The notes beneath the pieces were generated by a model. That model had not been told where the DNA came from and ran no database searches. It saw only the letters and a list, made by a program, of their open reading frames with translations. Both the position numbers and the translations under genes were made by a program. A stretch of 54,551 nt of DNA, from contig DATLDE010000008.1 in assembly GCA_035526025.1 (NCBI GenBank), forward strand, positions 1 through 54,551, in the 5' to 3' direction. Within the stretch, counting starts at the first letter, position 1. Every line of letters begins with the position of its first letter. Origin of the DNA: Candidatus Limnocylindrales bacterium. GTDB taxonomy: Bacteria > Patescibacteriota > Microgenomatia > Levybacterales > UBA12049. This document shows positions 36,884-45,333 of the stretch, in pieces.

Positions 36884-36897
36884 CTTTATGATAAGCT

Positions 36898-37308
36898 ATG
36901 AGCATGGAAGACGTATCAACTAATACCGAGATGGATCTTAGTGAGTTTAAGAGGCTTACGCACCTTTCAGAAGAGGATTTACGAGATATTGAGAAGGGGG
37001 GAGAGGTTGGCGCATCATCAAACACACCCAATAAGCCATATTGGCTTGCAGTTACAGCAGCTTTAATAATTGCTCGGAGAGATGTAAAAGAAAGTATTCC
37101 ATCAAGGGATTTTCAATTAGTGACTATTCCTGGAAAAGAAGGCCAAAAACTCGGAATTACAATTAAAGGGAAACCTATTTATCCAGCTGGAATTGAAGAC
37201 CGGGGAGAATTAGTGCCTGACCCAACGTTTGGGAAAGATTTCAACGTAGCTGTGATTCAGATGGGAAGATACGTACCGCCGGGATATGCAAAAAGAGATA
37301 GATTATAA
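36898..37308 (+). CDS. Hypothetical protein
   Basis: 136-aa ORF following the NUDIX gene; no motif recognised. Confidence 0.6.
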   Translation: MSMEDVSTNTEMDLSEFKRLTHLSEEDLRDIEKGGEVGASSNTPNKPYWLAVTAALIIARRDVKESIPSRDFQLVTIPGKEGQKLGITIKGKPIYPAGIEDRGELVPDPTFGKDFNVAVIQMGRYVPPGYAKRDRL

Positions 37309-37376
37309 TCTCCTCATAATATTGATGGGGTGGAATATTAATGGGTATTGGAAACAATTGAGCCATGAAAGAAGGT

Positions 37377-39029
37377 TTACCAACTCTTTCTGATGTGGTT
37401 CATGGCGAATTCTAGATCGCCATCGACTTTTTTATGTGGATTGAAAATGCCATGTGGGTCAAAAATCTTTTTCGTTTCTTCAAATAGCTCGAGGATCTTT
37501 TTATCAAACTGCAGATGTAGATAAGGTGTTCTTATCCAGCCATCATTATGTTCACCAGATGTTGAGCCTTTGTATTTGGTCACAAGCTCAAAAACTTCCT
37601 GACAGATTTGTGGGATAAGGATTTGCTCATCCGGATCAGTAAGTTTTACCAAAGGAATTACATGGAAATTTCCATTTCCGATGTGTCCTGCAAATGTTTC
37701 TTTGATTGATGGATATTTATCCATAATTTCATAAAATTCAGGTAAGAATTTTGGCAAGTGCTCAGGTTTTACGACAATATCATCTATAAAAGGGGAGGAG
37801 TACATTTCTTTGATGTGGGATCGTAATAGCCCAAAGCTATCTCGTCTGATGAGCCAGTATTTTTTCTCTTCATCATCAACTGCTATTTTTGTAGTTGGGT
37901 GAAGCGATTTCAACTTTTCAGTTAGATCTTCAATTTTTTTGGTAAGATCATCTAGCTCATCTGATGCAAATTCAATTTGAATTACAAGCTTAGGCAGTTT
38001 ATGTTCTTTATAGAGTTCAAGTTCTGGCAAGAATTTGAGAGCAGTTGAAAGAATTCCGCGGGTTCCGAGTTTTTTGGCAAATTCTGGGAAGAATTTCAAA
38101 GCAAGCTTAAGAGTCTTGTCATCATATGCTTCGATACTTTCCGGCTTGAAGGGAAGGATATCATTCACCAGTTCAGCAAGACGTGAGAAATCATTCATGT
38201 AAAGGATCATCATTTCTGTGTGTTTTTTGGTCGGGACCAGATGGAGCTTGGCTTCTGTCATAAGTCCAAGTGTACCCTGTGCGCCAACAAAAAGCTTAGT
38301 CAGATCAAAGATCTTTTTTTCTTTGTCGTATACATTCCACAATAAATATCCAGCTGAATTTTTTGACACATCAGGCTTGGCATTCTTAATAATGTCATAA
38401 TTCTCATCAATCAAGTTAAATATTTTTTTATAAAGTTTTCCTTCGAAATCATCTTGTGCGATCTTTTTCTTTAATTCATGTTCGTTAAGAGGTTTGATCC
38501 TATATTCATTTCCGTCGGATAGGACCATTTTTAATTCTTTTACATAATCTTCAGTTTTGCCATATCCAAGTGACTTCTCACCACCTGCATTATTATTCAC
38601 AATTCCTCCCAGTGCGCAGATTTCGCGGGATGAGGGGTATGATGGGAAAATCAAATGATGTTTTAAAGTCTCTTTCTCTAAGTCACGATAGAATACCCCA
38701 GGCTCAACAGTCGCGGTATTGCCAGTTATATGAGGTTTGTGATTGAAGTATTTTTGAAATGCAATAATTATTGAAGTGTTGAGTCCTCCTCCAGACATGC
38801 AAGTGCTTGCAGCACGGGCAGTCAGGGATAGATCATGATTATTTAGCTTATTTGTTGCTGCAAATTTAACTAGATTCTGAACGTCAAGAACATTTTTGGG
38901 GAAAACGACTACTTGTGGCTTTATCTCAAAAATACTCGCGTCATGTGAGTACTTGGTGAGTGTTCCATCATCAGTAGCGACATCGCCTCTGATAATTTTT
39001 TTTAATTCTTCGATTAGGGCAGAATTCAT
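37377..39029 (-). CDS. FAD-binding oxidoreductase (GlcD / D-2-hydroxyacid dehydrogenase-like)
   Basis: YSHDASIF..P..VVFP, FPSYPSS...ALGGIV.NNAGG, GAQGTLG, GHIGNGNFH, SGEHNDG and FDPHGIFNP. The track TTG start 39041 lies inside a repeat, so ATG 39029 is preferred. Confidence 0.88.
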   Translation of the reverse strand: MNSALIEELKKIIRGDVATDDGTLTKYSHDASIFEIKPQVVVFPKNVLDVQNLVKFAATNKLNNHDLSLTARAASTCMSGGGLNTSIIIAFQKYFNHKPHITGNTATVEPGVFYRDLEKETLKHHLIFPSYPSSREICALGGIVNNNAGGEKSLGYGKTEDYVKELKMVLSDGNEYRIKPLNEHELKKKIAQDDFEGKLYKKIFNLIDENYDIIKNAKPDVSKNSAGYLLWNVYDKEKKIFDLTKLFVGAQGTLGLMTEAKLHLVPTKKHTEMMILYMNDFSRLAELVNDILPFKPESIEAYDDKTLKLALKFFPEFAKKLGTRGILSTALKFLPELELYKEHKLPKLVIQIEFASDELDDLTKKIEDLTEKLKSLHPTTKIAVDDEEKKYWLIRRDSFGLLRSHIKEMYSSPFIDDIVVKPEHLPKFLPEFYEIMDKYPSIKETFAGHIGNGNFHVIPLVKLTDPDEQILIPQICQEVFELVTKYKGSTSGEHNDGWIRTPYLHLQFDKKILELFEETKKIFDPHGIFNPHKKVDGDLEFAMNHIRKSW

Positions 39030-39032
39030 AAT

Positions 39033-39140
39033 AATTTTCAATTTTCAATTTTCAATTTGAAGTGAAATCTAAATGTTTTAAAATTTAAATTTATTACATT
39101 GAATCATTCAATGAAAATTTCAAATTTCGAATTAAAAATT
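39033..39140. repeat. Heptamer-periodic imperfect palindrome (transketolase-oxidoreductase gap)
   Basis: AATTTTC x3 + AATTTGA (39033-60); right arm GAAAATT TCAAATT TCGAATT AAAAATT (39113-40). Core is shared with 21322-21429. Confidence 0.8.
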
Positions 39141-40131
39141 ACTTTTTCCGACGGATTACTCTTTTTACAGCTTCTTTAATGCTTTCAGTTCCCATTCCCA
39201 ATTTTTCAACCAATTCTTTCGGATTACCTGTCTCGCCAAATCTATCCTGAAGACCAATAAATTCGATCGGAAGTGGATTGTTCTTAGCGAGTGCTTCAGC
39301 AATTGCTGATCCCATGCCTCCTGCAACCTGATGATCCTCAACTGTCACGACAGCTCCTGTCTGATTGGTGAATTTGAGAATTCCATCTATGTCCAGCGGT
39401 TTGATAGTTGCCACATTTACAACTGTTGTATGAACTCCTTCTTCTTCGAGCTCTTTTGCTGCAACAAGTGCATAGTTGAGCATGTAGCCCATTGCGAAAA
39501 TAGTCACTTGTGGATTCTCACTGACCCAAAAATCCTGCATTTTTCCTGGAGTAAATGGTGTTTCCATAGTTGTCATGAAGGGTGTTTTGTCACGTGAATA
39601 GCGAAGATATGTAGGTTTGGTCGTTCGGCCTGCTGCAATCGTTGCTTTTTCGGCCTCAATTGCATCACATGGTACGAAGATATCAATGTCTGGTAGGCAT
39701 CTCATGATTGCGATATCTTCTGTTGCTTGATGCGTTGCGCCGTCTGGGCCGGTCATGATTCCTGCATGATGTCCTGCGATTTTGACATTGGCCTGATTGT
39801 AGACAATTGTAGTTCTGATTGTTTCCCAGTTTTTACCCGGTGAGAAAGTAGCATAGGAGGAAATGAAAGCTACCTTGCCACTGACCCCAAGGCCTGCTCC
39901 TACAGCCGCCATATTTTGCTCGGCAACACCAACTTCAAAAAATCTATCTGGGAATTCTTTGGCAAATAAATGTGCATTTGTTGACTCTGTTAGATCTGCA
40001 CAAAGCGCTACGACATTTGGATTTTCCTGACCGAGTTTAAGAAGTCCTTTGCCATATCCGATACGAGTTGCGTCTTTCTCAACATCCTCATCAAATATTT
40101 TTTGATTTAGTTTTAAATTAGGATTTAACAT
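39139..40131 (-). CDS. Transketolase C-terminal (pyrimidine-binding) subunit
   Basis: LCADL, FFEVGVAEQNM, GPDGATHQATED, YLRYSR and VTVEDHQVAGGMGS motifs. Confidence 0.93.
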   Translation of the reverse strand: MLNPNLKLNQKIFDEDVEKDATRIGYGKGLLKLGQENPNVVALCADLTESTNAHLFAKEFPDRFFEVGVAEQNMAAVGAGLGVSGKVAFISSYATFSPGKNWETIRTTIVYNQANVKIAGHHAGIMTGPDGATHQATEDIAIMRCLPDIDIFVPCDAIEAEKATIAAGRTTKPTYLRYSRDKTPFMTTMETPFTPGKMQDFWVSENPQVTIFAMGYMLNYALVAAKELEEEGVHTTVVNVATIKPLDIDGILKFTNQTGAVVTVEDHQVAGGMGSAIAEALAKNNPLPIEFIGLQDRFGETGNPKELVEKLGMGTESIKEAVKRVIRRKK

Positions 40132-40273
40132 TATTTTTTATTAGTTTCTTATAACAGGTTTGGCATAAATGGTATTTTTTGACTTCACCTTTTTTTTTCG
40201 GTGGGCCAAAAAGTAAACCTCCAAAATCTGTCAATTCTTTTTTGCAAAAATCACAAACCGGATTTATTCCCAT
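40118..40273 (-). CDS. 51-aa CxxC...HxCxxC putative zinc-binding protein (not in ORF track)
   Basis: MGINPVCDFCKKELTDFGGLLFGPPKKKGEVKKYHLCQTCYKKLIKNNVKS. It starts 1 nt after the transketolase N-subunit stop and overlaps the C-subunit start. Confidence 0.8.
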   Translation of the reverse strand: MGINPVCDFCKKELTDFGGLLFGPPKKKGEVKKYHLCQTCYKKLIKNNVKS

Positions 40274-40274
40274 T

Positions 40275-41177
40275 TTAATTCTCGCTTACTATCCGTTGTT
40301 TTTCTGTTTCTATTTCATCAAGCGCCACTTTTACCTGTTCGTCTTTAGATGGGGCTCCATCAACATCTTTAAGTCCCGGTGGCATTCCATGCCATTTGTA
40401 ATTCCCCTCCATATAGCTGACACCTTTCCCCGGAACAGTGTGGGCGATTATGATAGTTGGTTTGTTTTTTACATTTTGCGCTTCTCTAATCGCATCTATA
40501 AATGCTTTTATGTCATTTCCATCAACATCAATCACATGCCAGTTGAATGCTTCGTATTTTGCGCGAAATGGTTCAAGTGGCATGATATCTGCTACGGGAC
40601 CATCAATTTGGATGTTATTGAAGTCAATTACCTGGATTAAATTATTTAGTTTTAACTTGGCCGCAAACATCACAGCCTCCCAGATATTTCCTTCCTGGTG
40701 TTCACCGTCTGAAGTAAGCACATAAGTAAAATAATCTTTTTTATCAAGTCTTCCCGCAAGGGCTATGCCCGCTGCTTGAGATATTCCTTCACCAAGCGGA
40801 CCGGATGTATTTTCAACTCCCGGAAGTGCTGTACGGTGGGGATGACCTTGCAATCGTGTTCCGATTTGTCTTAAAGTCTTAAGTTCGTCAATCGGAAAAT
40901 AACCAGCTTGTGCCATGCTTGCATATCTGATGGGGCAGATATGACCGTTTGAAAGGATTAAGCGGTCACGGTCAACCCAATCAGGATTTTTGGGATCATG
41001 TTTTAAGACATGGAAATACATCGCAGTAAATATGTCGGCCATTCCAAGTGGTCCTCCAGTGTGTCCTGCGCCAGAATTTTTATTTGCGGCATCAAGTTCT
41101 TCAATTAGCAATTTTCTGACCTCATTGGCCTTAAGCTTTAAATCTTTTAATTTTTCAGGAGTCAGTTCTTCTGTCAT
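40275..41177 (-). CDS. Transketolase N-terminal (TPP-binding) subunit
   Basis: GHTGGPLG, DRDRLILSNGH, LQGHP, SGPLGEG and SDGEHQEG..WEA motifs. Confidence 0.93.
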   Translation of the reverse strand: MTEELTPEKLKDLKLKANEVRKLLIEELDAANKNSGAGHTGGPLGMADIFTAMYFHVLKHDPKNPDWVDRDRLILSNGHICPIRYASMAQAGYFPIDELKTLRQIGTRLQGHPHRTALPGVENTSGPLGEGISQAAGIALAGRLDKKDYFTYVLTSDGEHQEGNIWEAVMFAAKLKLNNLIQVIDFNNIQIDGPVADIMPLEPFRAKYEAFNWHVIDVDGNDIKAFIDAIREAQNVKNKPTIIIAHTVPGKGVSYMEGNYKWHGMPPGLKDVDGAPSKDEQVKVALDEIETEKQRIVSEN

Positions 41178-42454
41178 TTTTTTAATACTATAAATAAATC
41201 GGACACGTTTGATTCAAGTTTTCCAGTCTGTACACCGTCTCCAACTTTTTTAAAGAATTCATAACTATTATCATCCGATACAAATTTATTTACGTCAAGT
41301 CCCATTTTTTTAACTTTTTCAATAGTTTCATGATCTGCAATTGCTCCTGCTAACTCATAAAAGTCCCAGCCATCAGAGTCAAAGCTTGCTATTAAAGTAT
41401 TTTCACCTAAATAGGGGAGGGAGTTAAGAACTAGAGCCTGATTACGTCCTCCTTTTCCCTTACCTGTAATTTTTATGGTTGATTCACCGGCTGCCAGAAG
41501 AATTTGTCCGGGTGGAGTCTGATCAATTAATTTTTTACCCAGTTCCCGTGCATCACCCTGCAACGCATCTGTCAAAACAAATGCATTATATCCATGCTCT
41601 CGGGCTTTTTTCTCCATAGCATCAAGTGCAGTGTGATTACTCAGCATTAGGATGTTATGTACTTTTTCAAAATACTTATCATCAGTTGGGGTCTCTGTGA
41701 AATCGTCGTGAGTTGTAGCAGCTTTTTCACTTATTTTATACTTTTCAAGAATCTGTTTTACCTCATCCATTGTTGTATGGTCTTTAACAGTCGGGCCTGA
41801 AGCAATTACAGATAAATCGTTCCCTGGGACGTCTGAAAATATGAGATTTGCAAAGGTCGAAGGGTAGAGAATTTTGGCAAGTCCTCCGCCTTTTACACGG
41901 GACAAGTGCTTTCTTATGACATTCATTTCAGAGATTTTTGCACCGGATTTAAGAAGTGCATCATTGATCTCAGTTAACTTTTGCAGATTTATTTTATAAG
42001 GAGCTTCAAAAAGAACAGAACCGCCACCGCACACAACTCCAATAACCAGATCTTTTTCACCCGTTCCTTCTAAGTGTGTTAAAACATCCTGAGTATATTT
42101 GATATTTTCCTCAGATGGCAGAGGATGCGTGCCTTTGGTGTATTTTACTTTGGTAAAAGGGGATTCATCAATTACGTCTATATCATAGCCAGCATCAAGT
42201 CTTTCCCCCAGTGTAGCCTCGATAATTCTGCACATTTCGGCCGATCCTTTCCCAAATCCGATAAGTGTTATTTTCTCGAAATTTCGCAGATCAAAAGTTC
42301 TTTTTTGGATTTTTAAAATATCTCCATCTAAAGAAAAGTGATTTTTAAATACTTCACGAGGTTGGATAGAGGCAAAAGCTGATTCCATGAGTTCAAGAAT
42401 TAACTTGCGGTTATCGTTTGTTGCAAGAGTATCGTAGTTTTTAATAAATTTCAT
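41174..42454 (-). CDS. Glycerate 2-kinase (MOFRL/DUF4147 family)
   Basis: GFGKGS, HPLP, GGGSVL, RKHLSRVKGG, SDVPG, IASGPT, GGRNQ and DSDGWD motifs. Confidence 0.88.
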   Translation of the reverse strand: MKFIKNYDTLATNDNRKLILELMESAFASIQPREVFKNHFSLDGDILKIQKRTFDLRNFEKITLIGFGKGSAEMCRIIEATLGERLDAGYDIDVIDESPFTKVKYTKGTHPLPSEENIKYTQDVLTHLEGTGEKDLVIGVVCGGGSVLFEAPYKINLQKLTEINDALLKSGAKISEMNVIRKHLSRVKGGGLAKILYPSTFANLIFSDVPGNDLSVIASGPTVKDHTTMDEVKQILEKYKISEKAATTHDDFTETPTDDKYFEKVHNILMLSNHTALDAMEKKAREHGYNAFVLTDALQGDARELGKKLIDQTPPGQILLAAGESTIKITGKGKGGRNQALVLNSLPYLGENTLIASFDSDGWDFYELAGAIADHETIEKVKKMGLDVNKFVSDDNSYEFFKKVGDGVQTGKLESNVSDLFIVLKK

Positions 42455-42495
42455 TGGACAGTTGAAATTAGTTTACCAGATAAAGTAAATATTTT

Positions 42496-43266
42496 CTATG
42501 CAGCAGTTTGAAGAGGTTCCAAATCGGGAGCTCCCTCAGGCCTACATTTGTCATATGTGCTGGCAATTATGTCGTACCAATATGCTCTTTCTCCATCAGG
42601 AATTTTTCTGATAAGTGGAAGAATGTGCTCTGAGGTTTGGGCAAACTTTCTCTGAAGCTTATCTATTTTATCCCACTTTTCCAGTGGATATTCTTCTTTA
42701 TATTTTGGAGTTGTTTCCAGGTTATGGTTCCAGTCTGCAATCTTTACTCTCCAATCAGGTAGCCTTCCGTACGTCATGAGTTGATGAAAGTACCCCTTTA
42801 TGTCTTTTTTCTTTGCTTTCTCATTTGATTTGGCAACCTTGCTTAATAGCTCAATAGTATTAGCAGGATTTCTTTTAGCAAATCTCATTAATTGCCAGCG
42901 TTTAATATTTGTATTTTCTCTTAAATCATGACCAATTGCGCTAATACAATGCTCTTTAAGTTCATCAACTGGAATATGGATACTTTCTGCTAAAGTTAAC
43001 GCTACTGCGAGTGGATGTGTGATAAATGGATCGCCGGTTAATCGTCTTTCGTCTTTATGCAGCCAGTTCGCAAGCGAAGCAAACGCATATAATTCCCCAG
43101 TATCCTGTTGGCTAACGCCTCTAATTTCCAACTGATTAAATAATCTCGTCCTTGAGGCAACTATAGCAGGATCATTCTCTGAGGCGAAGACATTTATAAG
43201 TTCTCTTAAATGTTTCCTCTTTGGTATTTCAGGAATAGCTCCGTTCCTTCTTAATTCAAGTCCCAT
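42496..43266 (-). CDS. RelA/SpoT-type HD-domain protein (stand-alone small alarmone hydrolase-like)
   Basis: H...R.TGDPFITHP, GHDLRENT (cf. LHDVVEDT) and VKIADWNHNL (cf. KLADRLHNM); no synthetase domain. Confidence 0.75.
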   Translation of the reverse strand: MGLELRRNGAIPEIPKRKHLRELINVFASENDPAIVASRTRLFNQLEIRGVSQQDTGELYAFASLANWLHKDERRLTGDPFITHPLAVALTLAESIHIPVDELKEHCISAIGHDLRENTNIKRWQLMRFAKRNPANTIELLSKVAKSNEKAKKKDIKGYFHQLMTYGRLPDWRVKIADWNHNLETTPKYKEEYPLEKWDKIDKLQRKFAQTSEHILPLIRKIPDGERAYWYDIIASTYDKCRPEGAPDLEPLQTAA

Positions 43267-43473
43267 ATCAGTATTTCTGAGCAGTAGTCTATTTTAACAA
43301 ATTTAAGGTATAATTACTATATATACTACTTACTATGGCAAAAGTGTACTATTTTTATATATATAGCAATGAATAATACTCTTGACACTAGATGTAGGAA
43401 GAGTACAATTATGCTGTATTTATAAATCCCTGACTGCCTGATCTGAAATTATCAAAATATATTTGGAGGTAAA

Positions 43474-44076
43474 ATGAAAGATGGGATGGTCATAAAAGGG
43501 GATTGGGATAACTTTCTTAATTTGGAAGGGGAAGAGCTACTATTTGTAAAACGCAGACATCCTTTCATTATAATTTATCCGCTTTTTTTAATCAGCACAT
43601 TTACTGTCATATTTTCACTTTTTTCACAATTTCTTTTTACATTTATAGTTCCTTCATTCCCTCTTTTTATAGCAACGACTCTTCTTATTTGCAGTTTTAG
43701 CATGAGTCTCATGATCTACTCATATATTTATTGGTATTTTCATCTCTATATACTGACGACTAGAAAAATTCTGGAAGTAAAATACACACCCCTTTTTGCC
43801 CACGTTGTAAATGATATATTTTTGGATAAAGTAAATTGTACAGAGATAGATCTTAGCTCAAAGGGTTTTTTTCACGAACTAATTGATATGGGCGATTTGA
43901 TAATCACATTTGACAGGCCCACACATCAGGAGGAGTTTATTCTGCAGGATGTAAAGGATTGTGATGAACTTGGCAAATTTTTGACGCAAAAGCTTATGGA
44001 TAGAAATTCAGAAATGGCAGGAGAGACTATTTGGTTAAGGGGTAGAGCGAGGATCAGGCCAAAAATAGCTATATGA
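43474..44076 (+). CDS. Membrane protein with bacterial PH-like domain
   Basis: E..L..KRRHP, two TM helices, YILTTRKI and F...IDMGDL.I pattern. Promoter TTGACA(43382-87)-16-TACAAT(43404-09); SD GGAGGT. Confidence 0.7.
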   Translation: MKDGMVIKGDWDNFLNLEGEELLFVKRRHPFIIIYPLFLISTFTVIFSLFSQFLFTFIVPSFPLFIATTLLICSFSMSLMIYSYIYWYFHLYILTTRKILEVKYTPLFAHVVNDIFLDKVNCTEIDLSSKGFFHELIDMGDLIITFDRPTHQEEFILQDVKDCDELGKFLTQKLMDRNSEMAGETIWLRGRARIRPKIAI

Positions 44077-44327
44077 ATATTTCCATACTTACAACATTCT
44101 TGCAGGAAAGCGGTTTCAAACAAGTTTTAATTGTATTATGTTTGGTAGTTGCTATCATTGTTGCATGCTACAACTGGCTGTATTTATATCATTCTCTGCA
44201 TGTTGCTACTAAGCACATGGGGTTAAATGCGCCTTTATACATAAGAGGAGTGATAAAGACAAGCATTTTTTTTTCAGTATTCACTGCGGGATTATGTGTG
44301 TTTTTGCTTATAACCGGGATGTACTAG
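44073..44327 (+). CDS. Small two-TM membrane protein
   Basis: ATGA-coupled to the upstream gene; two hydrophobic segments. Confidence 0.65.
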   Translation: MNISILTTFLQESGFKQVLIVLCLVVAIIVACYNWLYLYHSLHVATKHMGLNAPLYIRGVIKTSIFFSVFTAGLCVFLLITGMY

Positions 44328-44374
44328 CGCTTTAAATTGTTGACATGGCCTAAATGGTTTGTTAGCATATTTTT

Positions 44375-44773
44375 ATGGCGAAAATATTATATGTTGAAGA
44401 TGAAGATCTTCTGGTGCAAGTCTTCTCTGACGCATTAAAAAATGAGGGATTTACCGTAGAGTCTGCAACTGATGGGGAAGTGGCGCTTATAAAAGTAGAT
44501 GAATTTCATCCTGATCTTAGTCTTCTAGATGTCAAGCTCCCAAAGCTAAACGGAATTGAAGTTCTAAAAAAGTTAAAGGAAAAAGAAGAAACTAAGCACA
44601 TTCCGGTAATTATGTTCACCAATCAAGGGGATAAAACAGTGGATGTTGAGGCAGCAATTAAATAGGGAGCAGTATCCTACCTTATAAAAGCTGAGATAAC
44701 ACCAAAAGAATTAACAGATAAGGTCCGTGAAATAGTTGGCGAATACGTTGACGAAACTAAAAAGTTCTACTAA
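44375..44773 (+). pseudogene. Single-domain response regulator (CheY-like) interrupted by in-frame TAG at 44663-44665
   Basis: ILYVEDE...LLDVKLP..NGIEVL...IMFTN. After the TAG the frame continues GAVSYLIKAEITPKELTDKVREIV to TAA 44771-73 and supplies the conserved beta5 Lys. Confidence 0.8.
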
Positions 44774-44861
44774 GAACAATACCTTCTCCACTTACAGCTT
44801 ATAGTGTTGACATTTTTTCCACATTCATATATAATAAAAGTTATTACACAGTGTAAAAATT

Positions 44862-45284
44862 ATGAGGAAAGAAACAAGATTAAGATCAGTAGATACGGAT
44901 AGAACATATGTTAGGGAGCATACCGTCTATAAGCCTAAGCCAATGCCTAATCAGTTTCTCAGACGTCAGGTAGTAGCTGGGGTTAGTGCTTTAACGTTGG
45001 CTGGACTTGCGGGTGGAGGTCTTATTGCTTTGTTTGGTAGGGACGAAGTAAAATGCGATCCTGTTGGTCAAGGTGAGAAAACTCCTGCTGACGCAAACAA
45101 CGTAGTATCGATAAAAAGATCACTTTCTAATAACGGGATTGATCCAAATACTAGAACCCCAGATCAATTAATAGATGATGTCAATTGTGCTACTGATAAA
45201 AATCCATCTCTGAGACGTGGAACTAGAAATGTCGACGGTCAACCAGTCACTCAATATACTGTTTATGTTTCCAGCAAAAGATAA
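44862..45284 (+). CDS. Hypothetical membrane-anchored protein
   Basis: One TM helix; perfect promoter TTGACA(44807-12)-17-TATAAT(44830-35). Confidence 0.7.
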   Translation: MRKETRLRSVDTDRTYVREHTVYKPKPMPNQFLRRQVVAGVSALTLAGLAGGGLIALFGRDEVKCDPVGQGEKTPADANNVVSIKRSLSNNGIDPNTRTPDQLIDDVNCATDKNPSLRRGTRNVDGQPVTQYTVYVSSKR

Positions 45285-45333
45285 GCATAAGAAAATTTTT
45301 ATTTTTCCCCAAAATGAATGATATAATTAGCGT

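Noticed and set aside
19664-39140. Heptamer arrays as CRISPR arrays
   Set aside because: Units are 7 nt, degenerate and inverted, with no 25-40-nt repeats separated by unique spacers and no cas genes.
43317-43366. CTATATATA / TATATATAG inverted repeat
   Set aside because: Self-complementarity follows from the TA dinucleotide runs; the interior pairs poorly.
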